64,000 bases of DNA from Carcharhinus amblyrhynchos (lineage: Eukaryota): contig OZ336876.1 of assembly GCA_965287045.1 (NCBI GenBank), positions 22,506,001 to 22,570,000 of the forward strand. The letters run 5' to 3'. The notes under the pieces were generated by a model. The model did not search any database. It was not told the DNA's origin and saw only the letters and a program-made list of their open reading frames with translations. The position numbers and the translations under genes were made by a program. Positions 62,310 through 64,000 of this stretch are shown here, piece by piece. Every line of letters begins with the position of its first letter. The stretch's first letter is position 1.

Positions 62310-63090
62310 TGAACAAACTGTTGGGGCTGCAGGTTGCTGAGTCTCCAGCTCCCGACGGACTTCATCCTAGGGTCTTAAAAGCAGTGGCTAATGAGATAAT
62401 AGATGCTTTGGTGTAACTTTTCCAAAATCCATTAGATTCTGCAAAGGTTCCATCAGTTTGAAAAATAGCAAATATAACCCTTCTATTCAGGAAAAGGGGC
62501 AGAAAACAGAAAATTATAGGTTGTAGCTGGGCACTTAGATAAGATCAAGGTAATTAGGAAGACTCAGCATATTTTGAAGACTCAAAATAAAAACACATGG
62601 TGTTTTTGATTGGCAAAGCAGCGTTGATTGGCCTACTTATGCTCTTGTTTCGTAAACTTTGAGGCGCTTACTTGCCACAGCATCTATTGGTTCCACGCAT
62701 CACTTTCCCAGTGGGAACCTGCCCAAGGTCCAAAAATTGACTAAGTGTGGGTGAATTGCAAGTTGGATCATGCTGATCCACTGGGGGAAATTCTCACTGA
62801 TTTTTGCGCCGGTGATAGTACTTTTTGGGAGCATTCAGCCTGAAATATTGAGCGCTTGTGATAAATGTACTGCAATAGCCATCGGTGTACTGCAATAGCC
62901 ATCTCCAAATAACTGGAAAGACCAGATTGACAGTGGTAACCTGGTTGAGGAGTTCTTAGGATGCATTTGAGATCGGTCCCAGAATGTTGTTCTAAGAACC
63001 TACCCGACAGCAGGTTATTTTCGATTTAGTGTAATGTGACAGGATTAATTAACGACCTCAGAGTGAAGACACCACTAGGTAGCAGTGATC
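62310..63090 (+). mobile_element. CR1 ORF2 fragments
   Basis: SPAPDGLHPRVLKAVANEIIDAL (62340-62410); endonuclease-region VEEFLGCI..QVIFDLV.C (62940-63090). Confidence 0.7.
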
Positions 63091-63471
63091 TCAAAGCGGA
63101 TGTCTCCCAAGACCCCATGGACATCGCGACCCTCACAGACATGGAAAACACCTATGACTCTGGAGGGGCAACCCTCCTGCCCATCCCTTTGCCTCCCGCC
63201 CATCCCTTTGCTTCCGCTGCCCCCACCCCTCCCCCTGCCCTGGTGTGGTCATCATGCGTGGTCTCTGCTTGTAGAATAGTGATTCATGCTAGGTTGCTGT
63301 TGCACCTAAGGGTCAGTGAATCCTGCAAGTTAGGTGAATCCAGCCTTTAAACTGACCCTGCATATTTAAATCAGGATTCAGATATGCTCATCTGGTTCAC
63401 ATCCTCGCTGGACACGAATCAGATTAAGTCAGTGCGGGGCAATGGGGAGAATTCCCAAAAGATGGTTTTCC

Positions 63472-63785
63472 TGGGCGGCACGGTGACACAGTGGTTAGCA
63501 CTGCTGCCTCACAGCGCCAGGGTTCAATTCTGGCCTTAGGTGACTGTCTATGTGAAGTTTGCACATTTTCCTCATATCTGCATGGATTTCCTTCAGCTGC
63601 TTCAGTTTGCTCCCACATTCCAAAAATATGGATTAAGTGGATTGACCATGTTAAATTATCCCTTGATGTGAGTGGGATTAGCAGGGTAAATATGCGGGGT
63701 TATAGAGATAAGCCCTGGGTGGGATTGTTGTCGATGTAGACTCAGTGGGCTGAATGGCCTCCTTCTGGATTGTAGAGATTGTTTG
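63472..63785 (+). mobile_element. HE1/V-SINE-type SINE
   Basis: GGGCGGCACGGTGACACAGTGGTTAGCACTGCTGCCTCACAGC head, GGTTCAATTC B-box. Confidence 0.92.
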
Positions 63786-63874
63786 ATCGTGTGAAATCGC
63801 GTTTGGTCTCTCTTGCAATATTTTCTGACCATAATGTGATTTGAACCTGGGCGTGTGGGGGCCGGAGAATCACC

Positions 63875-64000
63875 CCCTTCTTCTCGAATGCTTTGCCCTA
63901 CATTGTGATTACTATTAGGGGGCCTGTAGACCACTCCCACTAATGACTTATTCTGTTACTAGTCCTCATCTCCACCTAAATTGAATCCATATCCTGATCT
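63875..64000 (-). mobile_element. CR1 APE endonuclease fragment
   Basis: VGVVYRPPNSNHNVGQSIREE (YRPP motif). Confidence 0.8.

Noticed and set aside
62866-62903. CRISPR-like direct repeat (TGTACTGCAATAGCCATC x2)
   Set aside because: Simple tandem duplication within a CR1 fragment, no spacers; eukaryotic DNA

Overview
Eukaryotic, repeat-dense window, almost certainly from a cartilaginous fish (shark). The evidence is HE1/V-SINE-type tRNA SINEs, HER1/CR1 LINEs and SacSINE1/Deu-domain-like SINEs. Well over half of the window is retroelement debris: young and old CR1, Rex1/Babar, RTE, Penelope-like elements (PLEs), Gypsy gag relics and several SINE families. All the long ORFs in the ORF track are LINE reverse-transcriptase fragments. 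Two signals are not captured by the ORF track. (1) Five small phase-compatible GT-AG exons on the + strand (26529-46964) spell the C-terminal ~100 aa of a host protein I cannot name. (2) There is a set of Penelope-derived fold-back elements carrying minimal hammerhead-ribozyme (HHR) motifs. The best preserved (47537-47753) is an 89-bp-arm hairpin with two inverted HHR cores and a target-site duplication, ~570 bp downstream of that gene's predicted stop codon, where it supplies the first canonical AATAAA. There is also a perfect 56-bp palindrome (9855-9910) that looks like a templated repair scar, and an assembly gap (2003-2138). Boundaries of old repeats are approximate (read by eye).
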